From NCBI RefSeq assembly GCF_009914755.1, contig NC_060944.1: a DNA stretch of 64,000 nt; one strand, written 5' to 3'. Position 1 is the first letter of the stretch, and each line of letters begins with the position of its first letter. The stretch is from the human T2T-CHM13v2.0 reference genome, Homo sapiens. The translations under genes and the position numbers were made by a program. Below, one piece after another: positions 48,711-61,808 of the stretch. The notes beneath the pieces were generated by a model. The model had not been told where the DNA came from, searched no databases, and saw only the letters and a list, made by a program, of their open reading frames with translations.

Positions 48711-48741
<31 letters not shown>

Positions 48742-48796
48742 GTGATGGAGTCTTGCTGTTTTCCAGGCTGGAGTGCAGTGGCACCATCTCAACTAA

Positions 48797-49078
<282 letters not shown>

Positions 49079-51087
49079 TGAAGAGAGGCTATGGTCCAGG
49101 AAATCTTTTCCCTGATTTTTCCTTCAGCTGTGATACCACCTCTTGGGGGCACTATTCAAACTATATCCCATGTGCTACCTGGAGAGCCCATGTAGCCTTT
49201 CCAGCAAACACCTTAACATTGTGTTAAGACTTGCCTGGCCGTCGTACATGGTAATGTTTCTATTTCTTTATTTTCCCAGTACTGTATGTCTGTCTTTCCC
49301 ATAAGTGAGGTCCCTCCCTACCTTCATCTCTGAACTTCCCTAAGGCCTGGCAAATCCAGGACAGTCAAGTAGATTGGGATCTGGATCCTCAAAATCCAGG
49401 ACCAAATTATTGGAAATAATCCAATTGTTCATTGACAAGGGATTGTTTAAATGAACTATGGTACCTCCTCAAAGTGTATTATCATATTGTTTTTTAAAAT
49501 TGTGGAATTAAGAATTCCAGGACATATTGTGATATTATAAAACACAATAATAGAACCAAAAAAAAAAAGGAACATTATAATTTGTATGTGGTGTAGATTA
49601 GTTGTCTATTCCTGCATAACAAACCATGTCAGAACTTCATGGCCTAAAATGATAAGCCTCCCCGCTCCCTTCTGTTAGTCTAATCCGCCCACCTCAGTCT
49701 CCCAAAGTCTTGGGATTACAGGCAGGAGCCACCCACGCCCAGCCTGAGAGTCTGATTTTTGTTTTTTTTGTGGGTTTTTTATTGTTGTTGTTGTTTTTTG
49801 TTTGTTTGTTTTTAGACAGAGTCTCGCTCTGTCGCCCAGACTGGAGTGCAGTGGTGCGGTCTTGGCTTATTGCAGCCTCTGCCTCTCGTGTTCAAGCGGT
49901 TCTCCTGCCTCAGCCTCCTGAGTAGCTGGGATTACAGGTGTGTGCCACCACGCCCAACTCATTTTTGTATTTTTAGTAGAGACAGGGTTTCACCCTGTTG
50001 GCCAGGCTGATCTTGAACTCCTGGCCTCAGGTGATCCGCCCGCCTCAGCTTCCCAAAGCGCTGGGATTACAGGCATGAGCCACCGTGCTCAGCCTGGAGT
50101 CTGATTTTTTTATAAAGCAATGGATTTAATGGCTTCCTTGGCCAGCTTCTTTGGAATGATCAGTGTTCCTGTCATTATAGGAAAGATCTCTATATGGATC
50201 TTTATAGATAGATCTAATATAGAAAGATCTATATTCTGCATATTTTCTCAGTCATGATAAACAGGAACACTTGACCAGATCTTCTACCCCACACAGCATA
50301 GATAACATCTCAAACTCGGTAAACTGTTATTCTAATAGATTTTTTTTTTTTTGAGACAGGGTCTCACCCTGTCACTCAGGCTGGAGCACAGTGGTGTGAT
50401 CACAGCTCACTGCAGCCTCGACCTCCTGGACTCAGGTGATCCTCCCACCCCAGCCTAATGAGTAGCCGGGACCACAGGCATGCGCCACCACATCCAGCTA
50501 ATTTTTTTTGTTGTTTTTGGAGAGATGAGGTCTCCCTGTGTTGCCCAGCCTGTTCTCAAACTCTGGGCTTATCCTCGTGTCTAGCAATTCTCCCGTCTCA
50601 AGGTGGTTTGGATTACAGGCATGTGCCATCATGCCCAACCATAATTCTAATATATTTTAAAATATGATTCAAGTAAACCATGTGAGAGTATCTGCTGTAT
50701 ACCCACCATTGTTATGTCCATTATGGTACCCTTCATATAACCCTGTGTTGAAATATCCCCAGGGACAGATAAAGAAAACCACTGTCACACAACTAGGGAG
50801 TGATGGAGCATTCTTCACATCAGGCTCACCTTTTGCCTCAACATGCTTTCTCCTTGAGACCTAAATTTTTCTTCTTTCCAATTGCTTGGGAGTAGCCTTT
50901 CCCTTTAGATAACCTCATTATTTTCTTATCTCGTATTTACACCTCTGCTCTCTGCCAGTCTCTGATTAAAAAAAAAAAAAAAACTCAAAAGCAATTTATA
51001 ATGATTTGTAAATGCCCTTGATTGTGGGCAGTTTATCATGGAAGATTCTTCTCAAGTAGCACATTTCTGGGATGTCAGTCAGTAATA

Positions 51088-51690
51088 CAGTGGTTCCCCC
51101 TTACCCACGTGGAATATGTTCCAAGACCTCCGGTGGATGCCTGAAACCATGGGAAGTATTGAACCCTACATACATTCCTTTTGGACTGTAACTGAGCCTA
51201 TGAGATGCAACAGCAAAATGAGCACAAACGTCTTTTTCCTTCTTACAGTAGATGTCAGCAACCTCAGCATAGGAATTTTTTCTTTCCTTACGAAGTCAAG
51301 AACTTCTGCCTTTTCACTTAGTACTTTACAGCTTCACTTTGGTGTGTCCGAATTGCCAGCATCACTCCTCTTTTACTTTGGGGCCATTATTAACTAATAA
51401 TCAGGGTTACTTGACCACAAGCACTGCAAAACCATGACAGTTCATCTGATGGTAACCGAGATGGCTACTAAGTGACTTATGGTCGGGTAGTGTATACTCT
51501 GGACAAAGGGATGATTCACATCCCAGGTGGGATGGTGTGAGATTTCATCACACTATTCAGTACGGTGCTCAATTTAAAACTTATGAATTGTTTATTTCTG
51601 AAATTTTCCATTTGATATTTTTGGACTTTGGGTGACTGTAGGTAACTGAAACCGTGGAAACTGAAACTGCAGATAAGAGGAAGACTGCTG
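51088..51690 (-). mobile_element. MER44C/D-type Tigger7 deletion derivative with a dead transposase N-terminus
   Basis: Same TIR family as MER44A. The minus strand reads ATG GCC CCA AAG TAA from 51387, a degenerate MAPK.. transposase start with an early stop. Confidence 0.8.
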
Positions 51691-52679
51691 GGTGTTCAGT
51701 GTTACTTTCCTGTGGAGCTACAGGATAGTTCTACTCTTTAGTTTCATCTTTGATTCTTTAAATTCCTATGTAGGAAAAAATATCACTGCTATCACACAGA
51801 GAACTGTTTATTACTTTATTCTTTCATCTGTTTTCTGTTTTCAGGATATCCTTAGCAAATTGCACACAGTGAAGAAATTATTCAGACATACTTTTCCATT
51901 TTGACTCATCAAGTTCTTTGGCTTCCCATGGTTTAGGTGTTGAACCATAAGTCATTTTGGAAATGCATGCTGTCATATCTGGGTTTTATTTTTTAATATA
52001 TACATACATATATATGCACACATGCATTTATTTTTAATACACGTATACAAATATATTCAGAATAATCAAAACACAAACTCATAGGGTGACTAAATTGTCA
52101 GTTACTTTGAATTTGAAATTGAGTTGGACCCTTATGACAAAACCAAGGGTTATTTTGACTTCCTGGGACTAAATCTTTATGGCTGTTTGATATGCTAAGC
52201 AATGGTGTTTATGGACTTAAGCCACAATTGAGGGAAAAGAATTTCTTCTTCAACTCTATTTAAGGTTCTCCAAGATAGAAGAGAGTTCAATATATGGTTG
52301 ATTCTTTAATGGGATCCAGCTAGAATATAGCACATAACTATCATTTTCATAAAAATTCAAAAAGGAAGTCACCATAACTAGGATGACATAAAGGCATGTC
52401 ATAGCCTTCTTCCTACAGGGACTTACTATAATCCTGTGACCCCAGGCAGAGGGTTAAAATGCCTACTTTGGAACATACCCTTTCCCATCATCTGAGCAAC
52501 TGCTGAATTTGTCACCTTGTAAACCACTTGGATAGATCTCACTCCATGAAGGGCATTCATGCCACCCAGCTTCCATCAAAAATGCCACTTTACATTGTGC
52601 TTGGTGATTTTGCAGCTATTAATTCTTGGATCATTCCATACATTATCTCTGAGTTTCCATGGATAAATTGTTGATAGTA

Positions 52680-53010
52680 TACCTATTTTCCACAGAAAAC
52701 AGATGTTAATATTAACTTGGTCAAGGTCACATACCTAGTTAATAGTATGTCCAGAATTTGACACCAGGATTTCTATCTTCTAATCATCATTCCTGTTAAT
52801 TAAGCACCTTCTGTATACCTTGCAGTGATTTAGGCATCATCTTTAATCATTACATGTTTCCTGACAGGTAGGTCTTACTGTCACTCATTTTACATATGTT
52901 GAAAATGAGGCCTAGAAAGGTGAAATGAATTGGTGAAATTCACTTGCATTGTAACAGAATGAGAATTCACACGGAATCTCTCAGTCTTCATACCTGTGCT
53001 TTTTCTGCTT
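52680..53010. mobile_element. MIR fragments (others near 8870-9050, 12110-12260, 16600-16760, 26230-26410, 44420-44540)
   Basis: MIR-core-like motifs such as cattttacatatgttgaaaatgaggcctagaaaggtgaa and aacttggtcaaggtcacatacctagttaatag. Confidence 0.6.
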
Positions 53011-54330
53011 CATTCACTTGAAACATGAAGAAACACTAGTGTTGTAGGTTTTGGGTGGTGAAATGAAAAGTATCAATCTGTAAACAGTTCTCTAGTGGCT
53101 GGGTTTGGCCCACTATCAAAGCTTTTGGTTGGTAAGAGCACAGAGTTCAGCGTTCTGCATTTGGGCTGCTCTAACTTTTTTATTCTGCCAAGTGCTGACT
53201 GTTAAAACTCATCTCACTGCTAAGCCTTCCTCAAGTCTTTGGCACCCTTGCTATAGAGCCAGGTGGTCTGAAGAAAAGCTCCCTCTAGGTTGTTGCACAC
53301 TGTACACAACACATTACAGTGCGAGACAACTGTCAGTTCCTTCCTTTCCTTCTCCCCTACCCTTCCAGAAAGCTGGGCCCCAGATGGAAGAGCTGGAAAT
53401 GTGTCAACTGTTCTCTGAAGGGCATTGAGAAAATACTGTCAGGAAGAAAAGGCAAGCGCAACAGCTCATTAGTCCACTAATCAGACAGGACGACCATCAA
53501 TTTCACAAAGAAAATGTCCTGAACAGAGAAATGGGAAGGGCTGGCAGAGTGTTGCCCACATGGTTCTGAGAACTGCACATTTTTGTCAGGGGATTTGTAA
53601 CTTGGGGGCATTGCTTTCTTGATTGACTTTATTATATCCCTTTCCCAAGTGTGGCCACTGCAAACTGAAGCATAAAAATGGTATTTGGAGATACTTTTCT
53701 ACAAATACCATTGTGTCCCATCAATGCACAAAAATGTTCCTTGTTGCCAGGATCGTGAACACTCTTGTATGTATTGTCTTTATAGCTGTGCTCTCACAGA
53801 AGGAAAACTTGGACTTTACCTTCTTATTTGAGCCTTTGCTCCCCATTTTTTACACTTTAATTTGAATTCAGCAGTTATTGGAGAATGAATGGCTGGTACT
53901 TAAGTGAAAAGCTTAGAATTACTGTGAGGAACATAGCTCAATTTAAAGGTGATTATGGTAACCCTGGTCGTATTATTAACTAAGTATGTAACAAGTTCTC
54001 TTTGATAGGGAAAAATAACTTGTTAGATATATTAGAATATTACTCATTGGTATCAAGTCTGATTCCTGTTAGCTCAGACCTACCTAATTGCAGCATCATG
54101 AAGTTTATCTAATTTATCTTTCTGGAATTTTGTTGCCATTTAGTATTATCAAACAACTGCCTATTATTAATTGTTCCCATAGATGAAGTAGCCTCTGCTT
54201 CATGTAGACTCAGCTCTACTTTTCATCTTTTTGAACAATGTATAGCATGAATGACATTTACATGTTTGAGGTCAGAGAGGTTGACTCCCTCTTTTTTCCT
54301 ACTTGATGTAGTTGATATGTATATATATAA

Positions 54331-54561
<231 letters not shown>

Positions 54562-54887
54562 TGATCTCAAACTCCTGACCTTAGGTGATCCACCCGCCTC
54601 AGCCTCCCAAAGTGCTAGGTTTACAGGCATGAGCCACCGTGCCCAGCCTATTAATATTGATTTATATATAACTGATTGATTTTCTTTTCATGTCTTGCAG
54701 TTGAGGCCTAAGTCTAGATAGTTCCCATGTTAGCTTTTTCACCCCTAATAATTTGATTCATTTATAAGGAGAAGTTAAAGAAAATGCATTTGAGGTAAGC
54801 TATATTTGTAACCTGGTTTCTTCCTTTCTCAGCCACTATCTAAAGACTGCTAACTTTCAGTTCACATCACCTCTTGACCTTGTTTCC

Positions 54888-55385
54888 TCATTTTAGTTCC
54901 TAGGGTTGAAGTAACAAAGTACCACTAACTGAGTGGCTTAAGACAATAGAAATTCATTCTCTCACAGTTCAGAAAGCCAGAGGCCCAAAATTGAGGTATC
55001 AGCAAGGTTGATTCCTTCCCGGGGTTTCAGAGGACAAATGTGTCCCCTTCTCCCTCCTGGCTTGCTGGTTGCTGGCACTCCTTGGCATTCCTCGGTGTAT
55101 AGATGTGTCACTCTAGTCCCTGCCTCTGTCGCCACTTGGTGTGACTGTCCTCTCTTTGGCTTCCCTCTGTGTATGTCTCTGTGTCTGTGTCTCATCCCTT
55201 CTTTAAGGACACCATTCAGATTGGATTTAGAGCCCACCCAGACAATCTAGGATGATCTCATCCTCTCAAGATTTTTAACTTAATGATATCTTCAAAGACC
55301 CTTTTGCCAAATCAGGTAACATTCACAGTTCCAGATGTTGGGATGTGGACATATCTTTTAGGGGGTCACTATTCAGCCTATTATA
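54888..55385 (-). mobile_element. MaLR LTR (MLT1C-like)
   Basis: Typical MLT1 motifs: gtaacaaagtaccactaactgagtggctta, ttctctcacagttc, aggacaccattcagattggatttagagccc, actattcagcct. Confidence 0.8.
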
Positions 55386-55485
55386 CCAAGCAGTCCTCTA
55401 GGGAAGTATGTTGGTATTTCAAATTGTTGTCTGTTTTTGCAAACTTTTAGAAAACCCTAACCTCCATTTCTCTGATTCTCTGCAG

Positions 55486-55629
55486 TTGGTCCTGAGAAAA
55501 GGGTGCCAGCGATGCCTGGATCGCCTGTGGAAGTGAAGATACAGTCCAGATCCTCACCTCCCACCATGCCACCCCTCCCACCAATAAATCCTGGAGGACC
55601 GAGGCCAGTGTCCTTCACTCCTACTGCAT
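55486..55629 (+). CDS. CBFA2T2: CBFA2T2 coding exon, 144 nt, phase 1-1: (V)GPEKRVPAMPGSPVEVKIQSRSSPPTMPPLPPINPGGPRPVSFTPTA
   Basis: Branch point CTAAC at 55457-55461, pyrimidine tract, tgcAG acceptor ending at 55485, open frame, donor T|GTGAGA at 55630. Pro/Ser-rich ETO-family N-terminal sequence with an internal ATG at 55512 (MPGSP). Confidence 0.96.
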
Positions 55630-56018
55630 GTGAGACCTCTTAGTTACTTATGTTTGTAGTTCAGAGTGACATTTGGATCTAAGTGACTGACTTGTATGAA
55701 GCGTTCCACATATATTATTCAGTGTTTTCAAAGTACTATTGAAAATATAGACACAGATATATATTTCTGGTTGTTTCTTTTATAAATTACTTTTACCCTC
55801 TGAGAATAATACTTAGCTTATTTGGATATTTAGTTGTTTAAATATTTTGTTTTCATATTCTTTGGCTGGTAACTATTTTTATTTCTTTGACTCTAACAAT
55901 AATGAATTTAAATTATTATATTGCCTTATGGGATTCCAAGTAAGTTTTCTAAAATTATAGAATTCTAAAAATGTTCCAGTGCTGTCATGGTAAGACTTTT
56001 TACAAAAGAGAATATTGT

Positions 56019-56401
56019 TGTATTTGTTTACTAGGGCTGCCATAATGAAATACCACAGACTGGATGGTTTAAACAATTTATTTTTATTCACTTTTTCACA
56101 GTTCTGGAGGCAAGAATGTAAAGATCAAGGTATTGGCAGGTTTGGTTTTACCTGGGCCTTGTAGATGGTTGCCTTCTTGCCATATCCTCACATGGTCTTT
56201 CCTCCATTTTGCGTCCCTGGTGTCTCTTCCCCTGCCTTTAAGGATAATAATCATATTGGATTAGGGACTACTCATAATACCTCTTTTAACCTTAATGAAC
56301 TCTTCAAAGTATCTCCAAATATAGTCCTATTCTGAGGTACAAGGGGTAAGACTTCAATGTATGAATTTGGCCAAGGCTCGGGCAGAATTCAGTCCATAAC
56401 C
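56019..56401 (-). mobile_element. MaLR LTR (MLT1B-like)
   Basis: tagggctgccataatgaaataccacagactgg...cacagttctggaggc...aattcagtccataac. Confidence 0.8.
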
Positions 56402-56424
56402 ATTATGTTAGCTAATAATATATG

Positions 56425-56690
56425 TAACAATATATTCAACTTCACTAACCATCAAGGAAATGCAAACTAACACCCAATACAGTACCATTATACACCCACC
56501 AGGATGTTCAAAATGATACCAAGTTTTGGTGAGGATGTATGGAGCAACTTGAACACTCATACAATGCTGGTTGGAGTGTAATTTAGTACATCTTTTGGAA
56601 ATTGGCAGTTTGCACTAATGCTGAATTTCCACGTGCCCTGTAACTCAACAATTTCAGTCCTATATATCTATAATCACCAAAAGAACCCCA
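56425..56690 (+). mobile_element. Old L1 ORF2 3' fragment
   Basis: catcaaggaaatgcaaact...caagttttggtgaggatgtatggagcaacttgaacactcatacaatgctggttggagtgta. Confidence 0.75.
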
Positions 56691-57811
56691 AATAAACTAG
56701 TATACATACATGCACACAAGTGTCTTGATCTTCATTTGAGTTCTACCTTTCCATGCACATGCTGCCGTCCCCAGTTCACTTTGACACTCTGCAGATCTTT
56801 TGCCTGTAAACCAAAATGTACTGCTATTTTTGGAATGCCCAAAAAGTGTCAGAGCACTGAGCTAGATGCTGTATGTATTGTTTCATTTAAATGCCATTAC
56901 ACAAGCTTGCACACTGTCCTTGCTCAAAATTTTTTGTTTTTTGTGTTTATTATTTTAAAAGGCAAGAGAAGAGAATGTAAGATGTACAGCTTTAATTGGA
57001 AGTTTATTATTTTCCAAAACATTTGAAATGGAGTAGCTGGTAACTGTAGCATTCAGTTTGAGCCAGAGTGAATGAAAAGAAGTGTGATATCCCTTTTCTT
57101 AAATTCTAATTTCTATCTCAAAGTTGAACAGCCCTAGACATATATACTATCTTGAAAAGAAACAGATTTAAACCTCAGCCATCAATCAGATTTCAAGATA
57201 CACCAATAGGTATATGTATATACAAATTCAGCCCTTTTTACTTCCATATTTGGCTGCTTGGCGGTGGTTGTGTTTCATTTCAGAAAATGTGATCATACAT
57301 TTTTTTCTAAAGAGACTACGAAAAAGCCTTTCTATACATCAGAGAAGCTAAAAGCATGGTAATGTGTTATTTTTATTGGTTCCTTCAAAATGGAGCAACT
57401 TTCCAATGGCAATTGACCTTTCTGTGAAAACAAAGAAATGGCAGACTATTGCAACTAATTTTCTGGATTGCTGAGGTTGAGTGTTCAACTTTCCTTTCAT
57501 TAGCTTTACTAATTTTCTTTAGTGGAAGACACAAGAAAACTCACCCCTTTTCTCAGCCCGTTAGTCTGTTATGCAGTGAATCATTCAGCAGCATTTTCCT
57601 AAACACCCTTTGCTGAACAAAGCAAAAATATACACTGTATACACAACTTATAAAACTTAATTAAAGTATGCACATATGTATTGTGTATTGTATTATTAAT
57701 AAGTGAACATCTATTAAGGCAACACAAATATAGAAATAAACAAGCATAGGCCAGGCGCAGTGGCTCACACCTATAATCCTAACACTTTGGGAGGCCGAGG
57801 AGGACAGATCA

Positions 57812-58130
<319 letters not shown>

Positions 58131-59623
58131 TCAAAGAATGCTCCTTAACAGAGATGATACCTGAACCGTATGGGATGAAGAAGAGCTTGCCAGGTCAAAT
58201 TTGAGTAAGGTTCAGTGTAAGAAGAGGGAACAGAGATGGTTAACTGACTGTGACTGGCTTAGAGGAAGTAGAAGGGAAGTGGAAGATTTTTTATGATTAA
58301 TAAGTTGGTTTTTGGCAAAATATGACTAAATGTCTTTTTTCTAAGCTAGGTAAAGATTAAATGATTGGCTCTTTAAACATTGCTTATGTCTTAAATTGTT
58401 TCTTATGTTTTTAGATAAAGTTTCACTTTTTTAGTTTTTTAAGGCTGGATATGATTAAGTGAAAACAGAATGATACTTAGGTACTAGATAATTTAGATTT
58501 TTACTTGATGCCAACAAGAACGTAGCTCAGTGCCAGGCACGGTGGCTCATGCCTGTAATCCCAGCCTTTGGGAGGCCAAGGCAGGAGGATCACTTGAGCC
58601 CAGGAGTTTGAGACCAGCCTGGGCAATATAGTGAGACTCCCTGATCTACAAAAAATTTTAAAAAAAGAAATTAGCTGTGCATGGTGGCATGTGCCTGTAG
58701 TCCCAGCTACTCAGGAGGCTGAGGTGGGAGGACACCTGAGTCCAGGAGGTCGAGGCTGCACCAGGAGGTCAAGGCTGCAATGGGCCAAGATGGTGCTGCT
58801 GCACTCCAGCTTGGATGACAGAATGAGACCCTGCCTCAAAAAAACAAACAAGCAAAACCATAGCTCTAGGGTTGTTTTCGAAATTAAAATTTTCAAGAAA
58901 TGACTATTAAGAACTAAATAGGAAAACTGTAATTAATCACATGTATTATAATTTGAGCAAAAATGTAGGATGGGAGTGTCCTGCATGGAATCAGGAAGAT
59001 GCTTTATTGAATGACCAAGGGTTTGGCAGTATTAATCTAGCACTGTTAAGGCAGAGAGTAACTGGCTCTAATGGACATGAGTATTCTGGATGGCCAAAGA
59101 GATAGGTACCTTATTGTAGGAATAAGTCATTAAATCAGTAGGCCTAAAAAATATCCCTCATATTATCATAACTCTTTTTTCTGGTGTCTTGCTCACATGC
59201 TACCTTCTGATTGACTGCCTAGTGTTTTGGGGACCTTGAAATTGGGAAGGAGATGCAATGTAAAAGATGGGCATGAGTATCCCATCACTGGAAAGATCTA
59301 TTGGCCCAGACCCATCTCAAGCACTACCTGTTGCAGGAAGTCTTTCTTAAAACTACCCACCCCTGCCCATGGCACCTGTAGAGTTAGATTTCCCTTCTTA
59401 TTGCTCTGGGAGCACTCTGCTTTCTTTTTAACGCTCCAGTGTTACTCTGTTACCATTTTTATCTGACAGCAGTCTCACTGAGGACAGAACCAGTTTTGCA
59501 TACCTTTATAACATGTGCTTTACAAAATTCAAATGAACAAACGAAAATACAAACAAGAAAAAATGAACAAAGGTTCCCTTGTTTTACACGTAACCTGAGT
59601 CTTTCATTTTGGCTTTCTTTTAG

Positions 59624-59865
59624 TAAGCAATGGCATCAACCATTCTCCTCCTACCCTGAATGGTGCCCCATCACCGCCACAGAGATTCAGCAATGGTCCT
59701 GCCTCCTCCACATCATCTGCACTCACAAATCAGCAATTGCCAGCCACTTGTGGTGCTCGACAACTCAGCAAGTTGAAACGCTTTCTTACCACTCTGCAAC
59801 AGTTTGGCAATGACATCTCCCCTGAGATTGGGGAGAAGGTGCGGACTCTTGTTCTTGCACTGGTG
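59624..59865 (+). CDS. CBFA2T2: CBFA2T2 coding exon, 242 nt, phase 1-0: [81 protein letters not shown] (start of NHR1/TAFH domain)
   Basis: Acceptor ctttcttttAG ending at 59623, open frame continuing the previous exon (T+TA = Leu), donor GTG|GTAAGT at 59866. [18 protein letters not shown] is the hallmark NHR1 start of ETO/MTG proteins. Confidence 0.97.
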
Positions 59866-60926
59866 GTAAGTACAGCCTCACTGTTGTTCTCAGCTGCCTG
59901 AGTATGTGGCTCAGGTCCAAAGCGAGCAAAGTTCTAGATATTTCTGCTCATTTTCAAACCCATGGTCATATGGCAAATGCTACAGACTAGACTAGTTATT
60001 GAATAACTTGTGTAAAACTGTTTAAATGTAGGTTTCTTTTCTTTTCTTTTCTTCTTTCTTTTTTTTTGAGGGTCTTACTGTGTCACCCAGCCTGGAGTAT
60101 GATGGTGCGAACACAGCTCACTTCAGCCTTGACCTTCCAGGTTTAAGCAGTTCTCTTGCTGCATCCTCCTGAGTAGTTGGGACTACATGTGCATGCCGCC
60201 ATGCCCAGCTAATTTTTTTATTTTGGTAGAGATGGGATCTCTCTATCTTGTTCAGGCTGCTTTCAAACTCCTAGCCTCAAGCAGTCTGCCTGTCTCGGCT
60301 TCCCAAAGTGCTGGGATTATAAGCATGATGTTTAATTGTAGATTTTATGTCAGTGCTTATCAAAGAAACAATCGATAATGTTTACTTGTTATTTAAGGTG
60401 GTGATTTAATTCCAATAAGCAACTTTGGATTTTTTTTAAAACTGCTCTCAACAGGCCCACTGGTGTCCAACCAAGTTAATGCAAGGTTTTGTAATTTAAT
60501 ATATTCAGTGCTTAGTGCATTGTTTCCAAACCAAGGAGAGTAGAGAGGTAGCAAGTTTAATTTTCAAAACAATGATTTCTAAAATTACAAGTTACGTGGC
60601 CTAAATAAATACTATCAAAATAAACAGTATCAAAGGGATTGCATTGTTCAGCTCCTCGTGCATATAAACTTGCTTAAGAATTTGCAAGGTACACATAATT
60701 TTTCTTTCTTTCTATACTGCACGTGGTGAACCTGTGGCATAAAGGAGTGATTTTCTGACTTCGACACCTGGGTGGGGTTTTATTCTCAGTGTTTATAAGG
60801 GAAGTACTGCCAGTTCCCAATGTTTCTAATTGAATTTACCTCCAATAAAAGCATTCTGTGCTCCTTTGTGTATGTTAACCCCTTTATATGGGATAAAAAG
60901 ATGAATCACAGCACTAATCCTTGAAG

Positions 60927-61319
60927 CTGCAGCTCTCCGAGTGTAAATCTAGGGACCCTGAAGATTCTCCAGGATCCTTTCTGGAGATCCAGAAGGTGAA
61001 AACTATTTTCATAATATAACAGTAGACTAAATGCAAAAGTAGAGAGAATACAACTGGCTTCTAGTATGCTAGATATTAAAGAGACTTTCTATTATGCTAG
61101 ATATTAAAGAGACTTGCAAAATGATAAAACAGTGCTGCTCTTCTTACTGCATTTATTTTGGAAAATACAGATTTTAAAAATCACACCTCAGTCTGAACCA
61201 ATATAGTTATTTTTTATTTTAATTAAATTCTCAGCTTTAATTTCTGATATAGTAATGTCAATAAATGTAATCCATATAAATTAGAGGAATTCTGAGACCA
61301 AACAGTTTAAGAATTATTG
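60927..61319 (+). mobile_element. Charlie1-family hAT transposon derivative
   Basis: agggaccctg...aaaactattttcataat; ctagatattaaagagacttgcaaaatg; ctgagaccaaacagtttaagaa terminus. Confidence 0.7.
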
Positions 61320-61808
61320 CCTTAAAAAATTTCTCAGTCTAAGGCCAGATGTGGTGGCTCACGCCTGTAATTTGGGAAGCCAAGGTGGGAGGATTGCTTG
61401 GATGCAGGAGTTCAAGACCAGCCTGGGTACATAGTGAGACTGCCTCTACAAAATGATTTTTTAAAAGTTAGCTGAGTGTGGTGGCATATGCCTGTGGTCC
61501 TAGATACTCAGTAGGTTGAGGTGGGAGGATTCCTTGGGCCCAGGAAAGCTATGTTTGCACCACTGCACTTCCAGCCTAGGTGACAGAGTGAGACCCTATC
61601 TCAAAACATAAATTTAAAAAATTTCTCAGTCTATTATGAAAGGAACAACTTTCATACAAGGCAAAATGCAATATATGACTTTTTCATCATTTGTGAGGTT
61701 TAGTCCTTGTTACGTATGACTGTAGGTTATTTTCATTGCTATATAGTGTCATATTGTAGGAATATACCACAATTTATACCTTTGGGTTATCTGACATTTA
61801 AGTCATTT

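Noticed and set aside
50180-50232. Cluster of AGATCT/GATC palindromes
   Set aside because: Looks like a degenerate ATAG/AGAT microsatellite with no defined structure.
51116-51397. ORF within the Tigger7 derivative as a domesticated transposase
   Set aside because: The ORF is on the opposite strand to the transposase remnant, which has a stop at codon 5.
59439-59813. 124-aa ORF overlapping the NHR1 exon
   Set aside because: Wrong frame relative to the real exon and starts in the intron; most likely a shadow ORF.
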